Below, in pieces: positions 23,600 through 35,575 of a stretch of DNA of 64,000 nt. This DNA is from Vicugna vicugna (Eukaryota), in contig MU058636.1 in NCBI GenBank assembly GCA_013265495.1, positions 806,001-870,000 on the forward strand, given 5' to 3'. Every line of letters starts with the position of its first letter. Within the stretch, counting starts at the first letter, position 1. Under the pieces are notes generated by a model that ran no database searches, was not told the origin of the DNA, and saw nothing but the letters and a program-made list of their open reading frames with translations. The translations under genes were made by a program, and so were the position numbers.

Positions 23600-23860
23600 G
23601 GCAGTGGTAATAATAATAGCTAAATTACTGAGTAGGTGTTAGGTCTTGGGCAAAGTCTTTTATAGTCATCATCTCTTTGAATCCACAAGTACCATACAAG
23701 TCAGTTGTGTTTTTTCAGTTTTACAGGTGAGGAAACTGAGGTTTAAAAATGTTAAGCAAATTTTTCCATGGTTGCATGACCAGTTAAAATGTCAAGAGCT
23801 GGAACTGGGGGATTACAGGCAGGTGTTTTACTCTGGAGCCCATGTTGCTAACCATTATGC
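23600..23860 (-). mobile_element. MIR
   Basis: Contains ttttacaggtgaggaaactgaggttta...gttaagcaaattt...gagctggaact. Confidence 0.8.
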
Positions 23861-24078
23861 TTCATATGAAGATACATAGAAACACAGACATGGGGATTTG
23901 GTGTTTTAGTAGGTTTTTCAGACCTGCTTATCACAGGGCTAGTCTTTTCAATTAACTGGTAGACTTTTTTAGTATGTTTCTGAATGGCCCTGGCTTTTTC
24001 AAGTGCTGCTAAAGTATGTATATAGATATGTGAGTGTCTCTGTACACATACACACATATATGTATATGTGTATGACTC

Positions 24079-24102
24079 TGTGTGTGTGTGTGTGTGTGTG
24101 TG
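24079..24102. repeat. (TG)n microsatellite
   Basis: Pure TG run. Confidence 0.95.
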
Positions 24103-25269
24103 TAGGAGCAGACTAATAAGTTACGTCAAGATACAAAAATTCTTCATCTAGTGCCAAGAGTTCCACATTGGAGAGTCTGGACAACTGTGTTTGAGTTCAG
24201 AGAGCCTCTGATCACCAGTGTGACCTTGGGCAAGTCATTTGCCCATGTAGATCTTGGCTTATTTGTAAGATTAGGGAGTTTGAGTTGATAATTTTTAGGG
24301 CCTTTCATAGTATTATAATTTGAGGAAGTAAAAATTATGACTGTACAGTGTAATACTTTTGCATGATTAGGAAAACAACCACTAAAACAAAAATTTTACT
24401 TTAGACAGTAGTACCTTTCCATATTTCTTAGCCTCATGCTTTAGCTGGGGTCTCAACACCTGCCAAAAAGAAGACTAGTAACTTCCGAAGACTTGTCGGC
24501 TCCGTTACCTAGTGTGTCTTATGTCACTGTAGCATCCCCTCAGATTTCTCTCTTACTGTGTGGGGTTTATGTGACTGCTCCCACTCCTGTGACCTGTCCG
24601 TTTGGTGGCTAGCACAAGGGACTCTTCTGATTCTATCTGCATTAGAGCTTTCATTTGGCTTTAATTCCTTAGCTGTGATCAGCACTTGGTTGGAACCCTT
24701 TATTTCCCCTAAAGGATTCTAATAGTTTTTCTTACGAGTATTTGAACCTAGGTTGGTTCAACTTGATTTAAATATTTCCTTACATGTCAGAAATGCCAAA
24801 TATAACACGTAATAATGCCCATCACTGGGGATTTCATATGCCCAATAAGGAGTATTCCTTACAACATTTAAAACATATGATGGAAGGGGACAAGCAGTAT
24901 ATTTACTGTGCATTTCTTACCTACTTGCAGTTGAATTTTTCTGCCTTAAATATTCAGTGCACTCAGATTACTGATTAGACCACTTTGAGGTTTCACGCTT
25001 AGATCCCATTTTCTTAGTAGCAATACTGGCAAATTAATTCATTTTGGATTGGTCCATTTGTTTATTACTTATCACTGTTTCTTCAGCATTGGAAGAAATC
25101 CACTTCCTCACTAATTCAGCTAATATTCACTGGACCCTTCTACCTGCCAAGCACCGTCCAAGGTATTGTGAATGCAGAGATGAATAAAATATTCCATTAT
25201 TTGAGAAGGTATCTACTGGGGAAACAAACATGTAAATAAGCTATAGCAGAGAAACCCAAATGTATTAGT

Positions 25270-25597
25270 GATACCACTTATTCGTGGAACCTAAAAAAAT
25301 GATACGAATGAAGTTATTTACAAAACAGAAACAGACTCACAGACATAGGAAACAAACTTACGGTTACCAGAGGGGAAAGTGGGAAGGAGGGATAAATTAG
25401 CAGTTTGGGATTAGCAGATACAAACTACTATACATAAAATAGATAAACAACAAGGTCCTACTGTAGAGCACAGGGAACTATATTTAATATCTTGTAGTAA
25501 CCCATGATGAAAAAGGATATATATATAAAATGGAATCACTTTGCTGTACACCAGAAACTAAATCAACATTGTAAATAACTATATTTCAACAAAAATA
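25270..25597 (+). mobile_element. L1 3' end (cetartiodactyl type)
   Basis: Contains caaaacagaaacagactcacagacatagg...caacaaggtcctactgtagagcacagggaactata...acattgtaaataactata. Confidence 0.85.
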
Positions 25598-26950
25598 AAT
25601 ATGCTGTAGCAACTAGATAAGTACTATAATAATTAATACAAGGTGCTGTTGGGACATAGACATGAGAGCTTCCAGCTGCTTAAGGTTTTCAGGAAAAGCC
25701 TGCCAAAGATGGTGGCACTTCTTTGATCTTGGAAGACAGGGACTGTCATCAGAAAGGGCATTTCAAGAGAAACAGGACAAAGGGGGAGCTTTTGTACTGT
25801 GCTCTTACAGACCCCAACAAATTTTGTGGATTTGAATTATTTCTTCCCACACCTCTTCCGTTGCTAGCATTTTTGAGCTCCTGTACATGTAGCACTACAT
25901 ACGTGCGCTACAAAGCTTCCGTGTCCCACTGGACATGATGAGGTCTCCGTGATGTCACAGTGGGCATACATTTATCAGCATGCACCGAGCACCTTATTGT
26001 CTGTATGGCAGTTCCCATCACAAGAACGTTGGCGACTCAGGAGGATACAGGCAGCCTCTGTAACCCCAGCTGCTGATTTAGGGGTCTCTCTCAGACGGAA
26101 GGCTGCTGTGGTGGGGCTCCTTTTTGATTATGGCTCTGGGGAGAGATGGTTCTCCTTCGGCCTCACCTCTGTGAGGAGTAGGGAGCCTGCATTTTCTGTG
26201 CTGCTGAGATGGTGATGGCAACAGATTGGAGGGAATTTCTCTTGTTGGGACTCTCTGGTGTATGAAGAGACAGTAGGGAGGTGGCTTCTGGCGTAGTGGA
26301 TTTCAGCTAGGGAAACAGAAATGATGACAAATTATTATAAATTATCGTAGGCCATTTGTAAACTTACCTACCTTTTCAAAAGTTATTTCTCCTGGCAACT
26401 GTGTTCAGAATTATGATGAACACACATTTGAAACGTGATCTCTGTAAGTCGGGAGCTGTATGCGCCCCGTCAGTGCTGGTAAGTGGATGCTCTTCCCTGT
26501 GGCTGCTGGCATCTTTCTTGCAGTGCCTTTTATTGTTGAATCCAATCCTCACTGTCCTTTTTTATTCTTTCTCTATTCTTAGCTGCTGCTAGAGAATGAA
26601 AATCCTACTGCCTTTTCCTCCTTCAGAACAATTTGTAAATTGTCCCTTATAGCAGCTTAAGTGGGCCTTGGCCATTTCTCTGTTACTTAGAAACAGCTGT
26701 GATATTTTTTGCCTTTAAATATCTCTTGTCACCTGAAGGCAGTTCTTGAAGTTGTCACTAAAAAGTGGCTTTCACCTGTTACTTTGGTCTTAATACTTAA
26801 AGACCCCTTAGTATTGTTTTCTCTGGATTCTTTAGTGCAGTGATTGTCAAAGTCATGAAACCAGTCCCTGCTGTAGTAAGCTGCTTTTACTGATAGAGTT
26901 ATGTCATGTCCTTCAGGTGTGTTGTCACGGAAAAAACGCTGAGAACCCCC

Positions 26951-27510
26951 TTTTTAAAGTTGAGATACATTATGTAGCATAAAATTCACCATTTTAAAGT
27001 GTGTGATCTACTGGTGGTTAGTATGTTCACAAGGCTGTGCGGTCATCACCACTATCACGCCAAAAGAAACCCCATGTCAATTATCTGTCACTCCACACTC
27101 GCCCTCTTCAACCCCAGCCCCTGGCAACCACTAATCTATTTTCTTTCTCTATGGATTTGCCTGTTGTGGACATTTCATGTCAATAGCATTATACAATATG
27201 TGGCCTTTTGTGTCTTTTACTCAGCACAGTGTTTTTGGTGTTCATCCACGTTGTGCATGTATCAGTATTGCATTCTTTTCTATGGTTGAAAAATACTGCA
27301 TTGTATGGATGTACCACATTTTGTTTATCCATTCATCAGTTGGTGGACATCTGGGTTGTTTCTACTTTTTGGCTGTTGTGAATGATGCTGCTGTGAACCT
27401 TTGTGTGTGATTTGTTGTGTGGATGTATGTTTTCCGTTCTCTTGGGCAGGGCCATATGGTAACTCTATGTTTAACTTATTGAGAAGCTGCTGAACTTTTC
27501 CAAAGCAGCT
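26951..27510 (-). mobile_element. L1M (L1MB-like) 3' end
   Basis: Contains cataaaattcaccattttaaagtg...cccagcccctggcaaccactaatct...ttatccattcatcagttggtggacat. Confidence 0.88.
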
Positions 27511-29119
27511 GAGAGCCACTTTTGAGTGGCTTTACCTTGACTTTGGTTTAGGACCAAGATCTTTATCCTTTGTCCACAAGACCTGGACACCTTAATCCCC
27601 AGAACACTTTATTTATTAATAGCCCACTGCATTTCCCGGACTGTGTGCACACATTGGTCTATTGCAGTGATTTTGAAATACAGATTAATATAGCCACTCC
27701 TCCTCCATCAAATCAGACCGCCATTCTGAACTTGTTCTCAGGCAGCACCTTGTGCTGGGAATTGTTTTCCCTTGGCTGAAATGGGTTCTAACATTTAGTT
27801 TCAGAAATCCTAACGACTTTATCTTAACGTACAACTCCAATAATTCTCTCTTCACTCACCACCCCACAAAACATAGTTAGTTCATCATAGATATGTAAGT
27901 CCTTCAGTGTATATGTGGTTAATGTTTATATGTCCTTTGGGTCTTTCTGGTGAATGTTTAGGGTTAGATATTACGGATTTCCTCTAGGGCAGTGATTGTT
28001 GCCCTCACTTCCTGGCACGTTGCCGAATGTTGACAGGTATTTAATATTTTTTTATTTTTGGCACACCTAAAATTCACATTTGAAAGTCTTCCTTTTAAAC
28101 TTGCTAAACTTAAAAACTTGAGCATTACAGAAAAGAAAAGCAGTGCTTTGTGAAAATGCCCAGAGAAGCAGTTTGATGGGCCGGCTAAATTGATACCAGC
28201 AGAATGAAAAACACCGAGAGCCAAAGGCATATGCAAGATTTGTTAATTGAACCAGATAGAAGGCCCACGTATTTGAAAAACTGAGCCACTACAAAGAATA
28301 AAGTATCTTCTAAAAGTGTCTCTTACAAATGAATCAGTTTAAATGAGGATCAGACCTATATTTGTAAACTTAAGGAAAACGTAGTTAGTCGGTGAACCAG
28401 AGTTGGCATTTAATTTTGTTTGAACTTTGTGGTTGTTTTGTATTTGAAGTTTACTTTTGTTATAGGAATAAAAAATTATTTAGGTTAACTACTACTCAAA
28501 GTAACTAGCTACTCATCTCTCTAGACAAGCTCTTTAAAATCTATAACTTAATTAGAGCCCATGAATTCTAACAAACAGTCATCCCGAGGAGAGGATTTCT
28601 TCACATGACCATGCAAGGCCCACTCTGGGTGTTTCTACACACCCGAATTTTATAGGTTGTCTAGAGAACTAAGGGATTAAAAAAACAACCTGTCAAACAG
28701 TAGTATGGTTTATGTTAAACAAGTCATATTTGGGGGGAAAGAGAAGGTAGGTATTGAAAAATTATTTTTATGAGGCTGCTGTTTTAAGGAAATCAGTAAA
28801 TCATGTGAAAATTTAAGCTCAGGTGGAACAGATATATTTGTTTGGGTTTTTTTTTTTTCCACTTTATGAAAGAATCCCTTTAAGTGTAGAAGCTGTCCTG
28901 GCATACTTATTGTGCAACTCAGTTTGCAGAAAAACTCAGTTCATACACAATTTCCAAGAAAATGTTAAGCGCAGAGTAAGGCATACTTGTGGTTTGTTTT
29001 CTAATGCTGACTTAACATTGCAGGTTCTTTTAAATATGAGAGTAAGTCATTTAAATATTCGGCATTCTATATAGTTTCTCTTTAGCTGCAATTTTTTGGG
29101 GCAAATTTTTGAATTTATA

Positions 29120-30320
29120 ATTTATTTGGTAGGTATTACTGAATGTCTGTAATGTGTCAGGTATAGGTAATTCAGCGGCTACCAGGCCAAGTCTTAAGTC
29201 CTTGGGGAAAGTCAAGACTTTGAGGGGCACAGGAAAGCAAACAGGTAATTATAATGTGGGATAGGGCTGTGATAGAGAAAATTAAAGGTTGCCATCGGGG
29301 TACCTAATCTGTTCTTGGGGCTCAAGGATGATGTTTCGGTTGTGACTTGAAAGCTAATGAGAAGTTACACACCTGAGTGGGCAGTAAATGAGAGCGAATG
29401 GGGTTGGGGAGTTACAGTGCAGGCTAGAGGGGCTGCATCTGGCTCCAGAATTTCTTTACACAGGAAGGAGTGCAGTCTGGTTGAAAAGGGGGTACAGTAG
29501 GGGTTGGATGATGTATAGTAAACATATTTTAATTAAAATTATTAGGGCAATCTGGGAAGCTTGTGTATTGTAGAGGGAAAGCTCTCCCCAGTGTCTTTCG
29601 GAGCCACCACTGAATGGTGTTTACAAAGTTATGAAGGAAAGATACTGTGGTGAGGGAATTGAAAGAATTCCAGTGCCAGAACTTAGAAAGGAGGAATGGG
29701 TGGGGTGAGAGGTATGAAAAATAAAATTGGAGAAGTAAGAGGGGTCTTGTAAATCTTGTTATGGACTCCATACTTTATTTTGAAGACAAAGAGGACTATT
29801 TGTGGGATTTTAAACACTTAGTACCAAGTTGAGATTTATCATTTGAAAGGATTGCTTGGCAGCACAGTCAGAATGCCCATAGGGAACTGGGGTTAGGAGA
29901 ACGTGGTAGTGATCCTGGTGAGAGATGCTGGTGGCTTGAACTCAGCAAGTGACAGAGTGGCTGAGGAGGAACAGTCCATAGCACTTGGTGATCTGTTGGG
30001 CGTGAGAGAGGAAGATGTGAGAAGAACCAAGGACGCTGCCTAGGTTTCTGGCTTGAGCAGCAGGATGTGGCCATCCATACAGAGAGTCAAAACAGGAAGA
30101 GGAACAGGCTTGAGGGGAAAGATGATGACCTGAATTTTGGTATATCGAATTTTAGGTAGCTGTTGAGCATCTAGAAAGAAATGTCCATTAGGCAGACATA
30201 TCAGTCTAGTGCTCAAGAGAGATCTGTTGGCTAGAGACGGACTTGGGAGTTACTAAGAACTTGAAGTAATAGCTTCGAATGATCCTGAACTTGCCTGGGG
30301 AGAGTGTGTAGAGTGAGAAA
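29120..30320. mobile_element. L2 fragments
   Basis: Contains ttactgaatgtctgtaatgtgtcagg...gagagatgctggtggcttgaact...ctaggtttctggcttgagca...gctcaagagagatct. Confidence 0.7.
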
Positions 30321-33300
30321 GATGTCTATCCAGGCGGCCAAGAAGTCGAGTCCTGAGGGGGAGGAGAAGCCATGGTCATGCCGTCGTGCAGCAGGAATGG
30401 TACAGCGCACAGCTTATTGGCTGTAACTGCAACTCGGAGAAAAACCAGGACCTTCTAGGTCGAATTATAACCAGGGAGGGAGTGTTTTCAGGAGGGGTAG
30501 CAATACCATACACCACACAGAGGACCCAGGAGATCGTGACACGTCTGGATTAAGTTAACTATTTTGAACAAAAGGAAAATCCCACTAGAGATTTTTGGAC
30601 ATCAGAGCTTAAATTATAACAATTTGCAGATTTTATCCCAAACGTTTCGTGGTACTTTGGTGGTTAACCTTATCATTCAGGGCTAAGCCGTGAAAACTTC
30701 ACTTCCGTCTCTGGTTCCACTTTGGCCGCGTTACTGAAGCTAAACCTGTAGGTGCTGCTTGTTCATTTTCTTACACCATGTTATTCAAGATCATTCTTTT
30801 TTTTTTAAAAAGAAAATAGTTTTTTCCCCTGATTATGAAAATTATACATGTTCACTGTAAAAAAAAAAAAACCATAGTCCAGAAATGTAGACAGAAATGA
30901 AAAGCCCCAGCTCTACAACTAGGTAGCGTTCTCCTTATTTTTCCAGATAAACTCTGTGGATATAAGTATGTATTAATGAAATCTGCTATGATCTTATATT
31001 TTTTCATTCAATATTATTATGCATCTTTCCATGTCAGTAAATACAGTTCTAAATCATTAGTTGTAATTATTGCAGGCATCACATTATATACACACATGTA
31101 TGTCCAGTTAACCAGTTCTCTTAACGATAGATGAAATTTAAGTAGTCTCTAAATTTCAGCTGTTTCACTTAGCAGAGAACCTCCTAGAAAATATATCTGC
31201 AGTTCTCCAACATAGAACCAAGTTCCTGAAGTGGAGTTTTAGGGTCAAAGGTTATATACATTTAATAACTGTATTTCTGTTGTAAAATAAGATTGGATTA
31301 TAAAATTAATACACTCTCAGGATGAAAATTCAGACAGTACATCAGGATACCCGGTAGAATCATCATCCTCCTTGTGTGTATGCAGATAGAAGTGTGTATA
31401 TGTATGAGCAGACTTTAAAATTTATTTTAATACTTCATTCATTTCGAACAGATAATTCATGCATATGGAAAAAATGTAAATTACTAAGGCAGTGAGATCT
31501 TGTCTTCTCGCCTCTGTCTTCCTTCAGTTACTCATTTCTTCTTCCAGAGCTGTCCACTGACATGTCTCTTCTGTATGCTTTCCAGTTTGTGGACACAAAC
31601 GTCTTTTGACTTTGTTTATAGTATTATTTTTCATGTGCAACTCTTGTATTTTTAGAAAGTCATATTTATCGGTCATTTCTCTAATGGCTGCTGGGTTATG
31701 TGTCAGAATTAGTTAGAAAGGTCTATATGTCATCTTTCAACACAAGTTGTATAAGAGGGTAAACGTACATTCTGTTCCTGGCCTTTCTCAGTTCACGAGT
31801 TTAGGAGATGGATAACAGCACATGTAACACAGTTCATGTCTCAGCTCCTCATTCTGTTTTATGAACATAATGTAATATCCAGGTCCAAATGAAGCACATT
31901 TAGTTTGTTTTCACTTTTTTATGCTCCTATAATAGTACAGCAGAAATGTCCTTTATATCTGTCTTTGCACGCAGCATTCTCTCCGATAGAGATAGGACTT
32001 CCCAGGTCCCCAGGAAGTTCCCTACAGGGATATTTGCTGCGGGTGGTACCACTGGCAAGGAGTAAAATTTTCATGATGAGAAACTCCCTTGTTGTATCCA
32101 CAGGGAGTTTTATCCCTCCCGGCATCTCTCAGCAGTTCTCTGGATCATCATGATGTCCAAGTACGAGTTGCTGGTAACCACTGCAGTACCCCATCCCCGC
32201 CACACTGGTGAAGCGCAGGCCAGTCTCCCAGGAGTGTCTCTTTAATAGGCTCTTCAAAGGTCCAGTCATCTGTTCTCCAGACAGGTCTCACCAATTGCAC
32301 TCTCATCAAAACTCCTGAAACAAAACTCACCTGGAAGGGAGAAATGGGAATAGGTAACAGGAATGACACGCTTGAGTCTGGAGTTTAAATACATTGTAAC
32401 GTTGCCTTGTTTAGATTATTCATTCGGAAATTTTGCTTTGGGTTTTCTTTCCCCACGTAGTTCTGTATATTTTAGGTTACTGGTTGGCATAAAAAATTGT
32501 CTTGTGGATGTTTAAAATTACAGTCATCATTATGTTTACATGATTTTGTGTTCACTTTCATCAGATTTCTCTGCTCCAGTCTAATACTGCTGCTGTGCTT
32601 TGCTTCCACCACAGATGATTGATGCTCTTGATGTAATTGCCGCCAGCCACTTACTTTAGTGCTGACTGTCAGTACTCGCTCTTGCTTAGATGATCCTGCT
32701 CTCCGTTTCCTGTTGCTTGGCGTTGGTCATCCTCTCATTCCCTTGCCCAGCACCGACCTTCTTCTACCCACCCTTTTCCTTTCCCCTACTTTTTGTCTCA
32801 CTTTTCCTGCTTTGTGCTGATGTTGGCTTTGACCTTGTTCCTTGTCACCTGTCTCAGCAGCATTCACTCCAGGGTTTGCCACCATAGACTAGAGAGCTGG
32901 ACCCCCTTCTGTTGCCAGTGGAATTGCTTGACTTTTCATATTCAGCAGAGAAAATGATTTGTGGTAGGTAAGCAGGCAGAGGGTTATCTATAAGACAATT
33001 CTGCTGTATTTTGTTAATTTTGAAGAGACTTTAAAAAAAGTTTCAAGTATTTTTTAAAGTACTGCTAAGCATAATTCTTTCTTTATAGACATGATTTCTG
33101 CTCAACAGAAGTTAGAAAGTACTTACTCCTTATTGGTAGATAAGAAGCTGAAAAAGTAAACATTTTATCTTTTTATCTGAAAATCTATTTTAGTACAAAT
33201 GAGTCCTGCTCTACTTGAGAGTTTAAACCAGATACCCTGTAGCTGAAAGTCACTATTGTCCTGTTTTGGCCAAGACTAGCTGGCCTCTGCAGGTCCCCTC

Positions 33301-33847
33301 GGGCTTGTGACGAGTGCTGGGCTCGGACGTGCAGACTGAGAAACATAAGAACATTTATTAAAGTAGCACTCACTTCTCATACTTCAGCTACTGTTCTTCT
33401 GGATTTGTGGGGGGGGGGGACCATTCAGTTCTAAAAGGTGATTCAGCCTCAAAGTCTTTAAGTACTTAAGTTTTCAGCACAAGCAAAAAATGCTGACCAA
33501 GTGTACCACTTTTTAACCTTTTTTGACTTTGATCATGTAGCATTTGCTCTATTTCTCTTGCACTTTGTAGAACTGGTCTCACTGAGTTTAAGCATGCTTG
33601 CTGGTTTTCAAATCAGAATGCAGGACAATTATATTTTTCCTTCAGTGGAATTCTGTAACGTGATTATCCCTGAAACGTTTTGGAGTATAAGGTAACATTG
33701 GCCACCAGTTATTTATTTTTAAGTGTTTAAAAGGTAGTTTTGATTTTGTTGCAGTGTACTAAGTAGAGAAACTAAATACCAGTTGTCTTCGTGGAAAAGA
33801 TACTAGTAATACCTTCCAAGAAGTTGTACATTTATAAAGTACGTAAC

Positions 33848-35575
33848 TTTTTTTTTAACTTTATTGAGATACAATTCATGTACCATATGGTTTATCTATT
33901 TAAAGTGTACATTTCACTGTTTTTTAGTATATTCACGGGGTTGTGTGGCTGTCACCACAATCTAGTTTTAGAATATTTTTATCCCTTCTCAGAAGAAGCC
34001 CTGTACTTATTAGCAGTCGCTTTCCTTTCCCTTCAATCCTCCAGCCTTAGGCAACCACTAATCTGCTTTCTGCCTCTGGCTTTGCCTATTCTGGACATTA
34101 CATTTAAATGAAATCATACAATATGTGGTCTTTTGTGACTGGCTTCTTTCACTTAATATAATGTTTTCAAGGCTCATCCATGATTTAGCATGTATCACAT
34201 TGTGTTTAGTCATTCATCAGTTGTTGGATATTTGAGTTGTTTCCACTTTCTGGTTATTATGAATAATGCTGCTGTGAACGTAGGTGTACAAGTTATCTGA
34301 GTCCCTGCTTTCAGTACCTTGGATATATACCTAGGAGTGAATTGCTGGATCATATGGGGACTGTATGCTTAACTTCTGAGTAACCACCAAGTTGTTTCCT
34401 TGGTTGCTGCACAATTTTACATTCCCACTAGCAATGCACAGTGGTTCCAGTTTCTCCGCATCTTTGCTAACACTTATCTCCTCCACTCCTTTGAAAAAAA
34501 ATAACCATCCTTATAGGCATTGAGTGGTATCTCATAATGGTTTTGATTTGCATTTCAAATGATGAATGGTACTTACTGTATCATTCAGTATCAGTAAGTA
34601 CTTTTATGTACTTACATACCATTTGGTTATCTTCTTGGAAGAACATTCAAGTCCTTTGCATATTTAAAAATTGAGTTATTTATCTGTTTATTATTGAGTT
34701 GTAGGACTTCTTTTTATACTCTGGATACTAGACCCTTATCAGATACATGATTTTGCAAATGGCCAGTAAGTCCACAAAAAGATGCTCAACATTGCTAATC
34801 ATCAGGGAAATGTAAATCAAAACTACAAGATACTGCTTAACACACATTAGGATGGCTACTAAAAAAAAAAAGATAACAGGTGTTGACCACTTCTATATCT
34901 TCTTCGGAAAACTGTCTATTCAAGTCCTTTCCCCATTCTTTAATCTCATTATTTTTTGTTGTTGAGTTTTAGGAGTTTTCTGCATATTCTGGATATTAAT
35001 TCCTAATATGATATATGATTTGTAAATATTTTTTCCCATTCCGTAGGTTGCCTTTTACTCTGTGGATATTGTCTTTTGATACATAAATTTGAAAATTTTT
35101 CATGAAGTCCAATTTGTCTATTTTTTCTTCTATTTCCTATGCCTTTGGTGTCATATCCAAGAAATCATTGCTATATCAATGTTGTAAAGCCTTTGCCCTA
35201 TGTTTTCTTCTAAGAGTTTTATAGTTTCAGGTCTTAGATTTAGGTCATGGATCCATTTTGAGTTAGTTTTTGTAAATGGTGTTAGGTAAGGGTCCAGCTT
35301 CATTCTTTTGCATGTGGATACCCACTTTTCAAGCATTTGTTGAAAAGATGTCTTTTCCTCCACTGAATGGCCTTGGCACTTTTGTCAAAAGTCATTTGAA
35401 CGTATCTGTGAAGGTTTATTTCTGGACTGTTTATTCTGTTCTGTTGGTCTATGTGTTTGTCTTTATGTCATTACCAAACTTTTGATTACTGTAGCTTTGT
35501 ACTAAGTTTTGAAATCAGGAAGTGTGAGTCCTCTAGTTTTGTTTTTTACTTTTTCAAGATTGTTTTGCCTATTCT
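33848..35575 (-). mobile_element. L1M 3' region (ORF2 C-terminus and 3'UTR) with an internal inverted segment
   Basis: ORF 35151-35363 encodes [38 protein letters not shown] (L1 ORF2). The 3' terminus actttattgagatacaattc is at ~33860, and a sense-oriented piece lies at ~34760-34890. Confidence 0.92.

Noticed and set aside
25949..26215. ORF containing RRKAAVVGLLFDYG, reminiscent of CDK8 exon 3 (RKVWLLFDYA)
   Set aside because: Only five residues match, it lies upstream of exon 2, and I see no convincing splice sites or flanking similarity, so it is most likely chance. A BLASTN against CDK8 mRNA would settle it.
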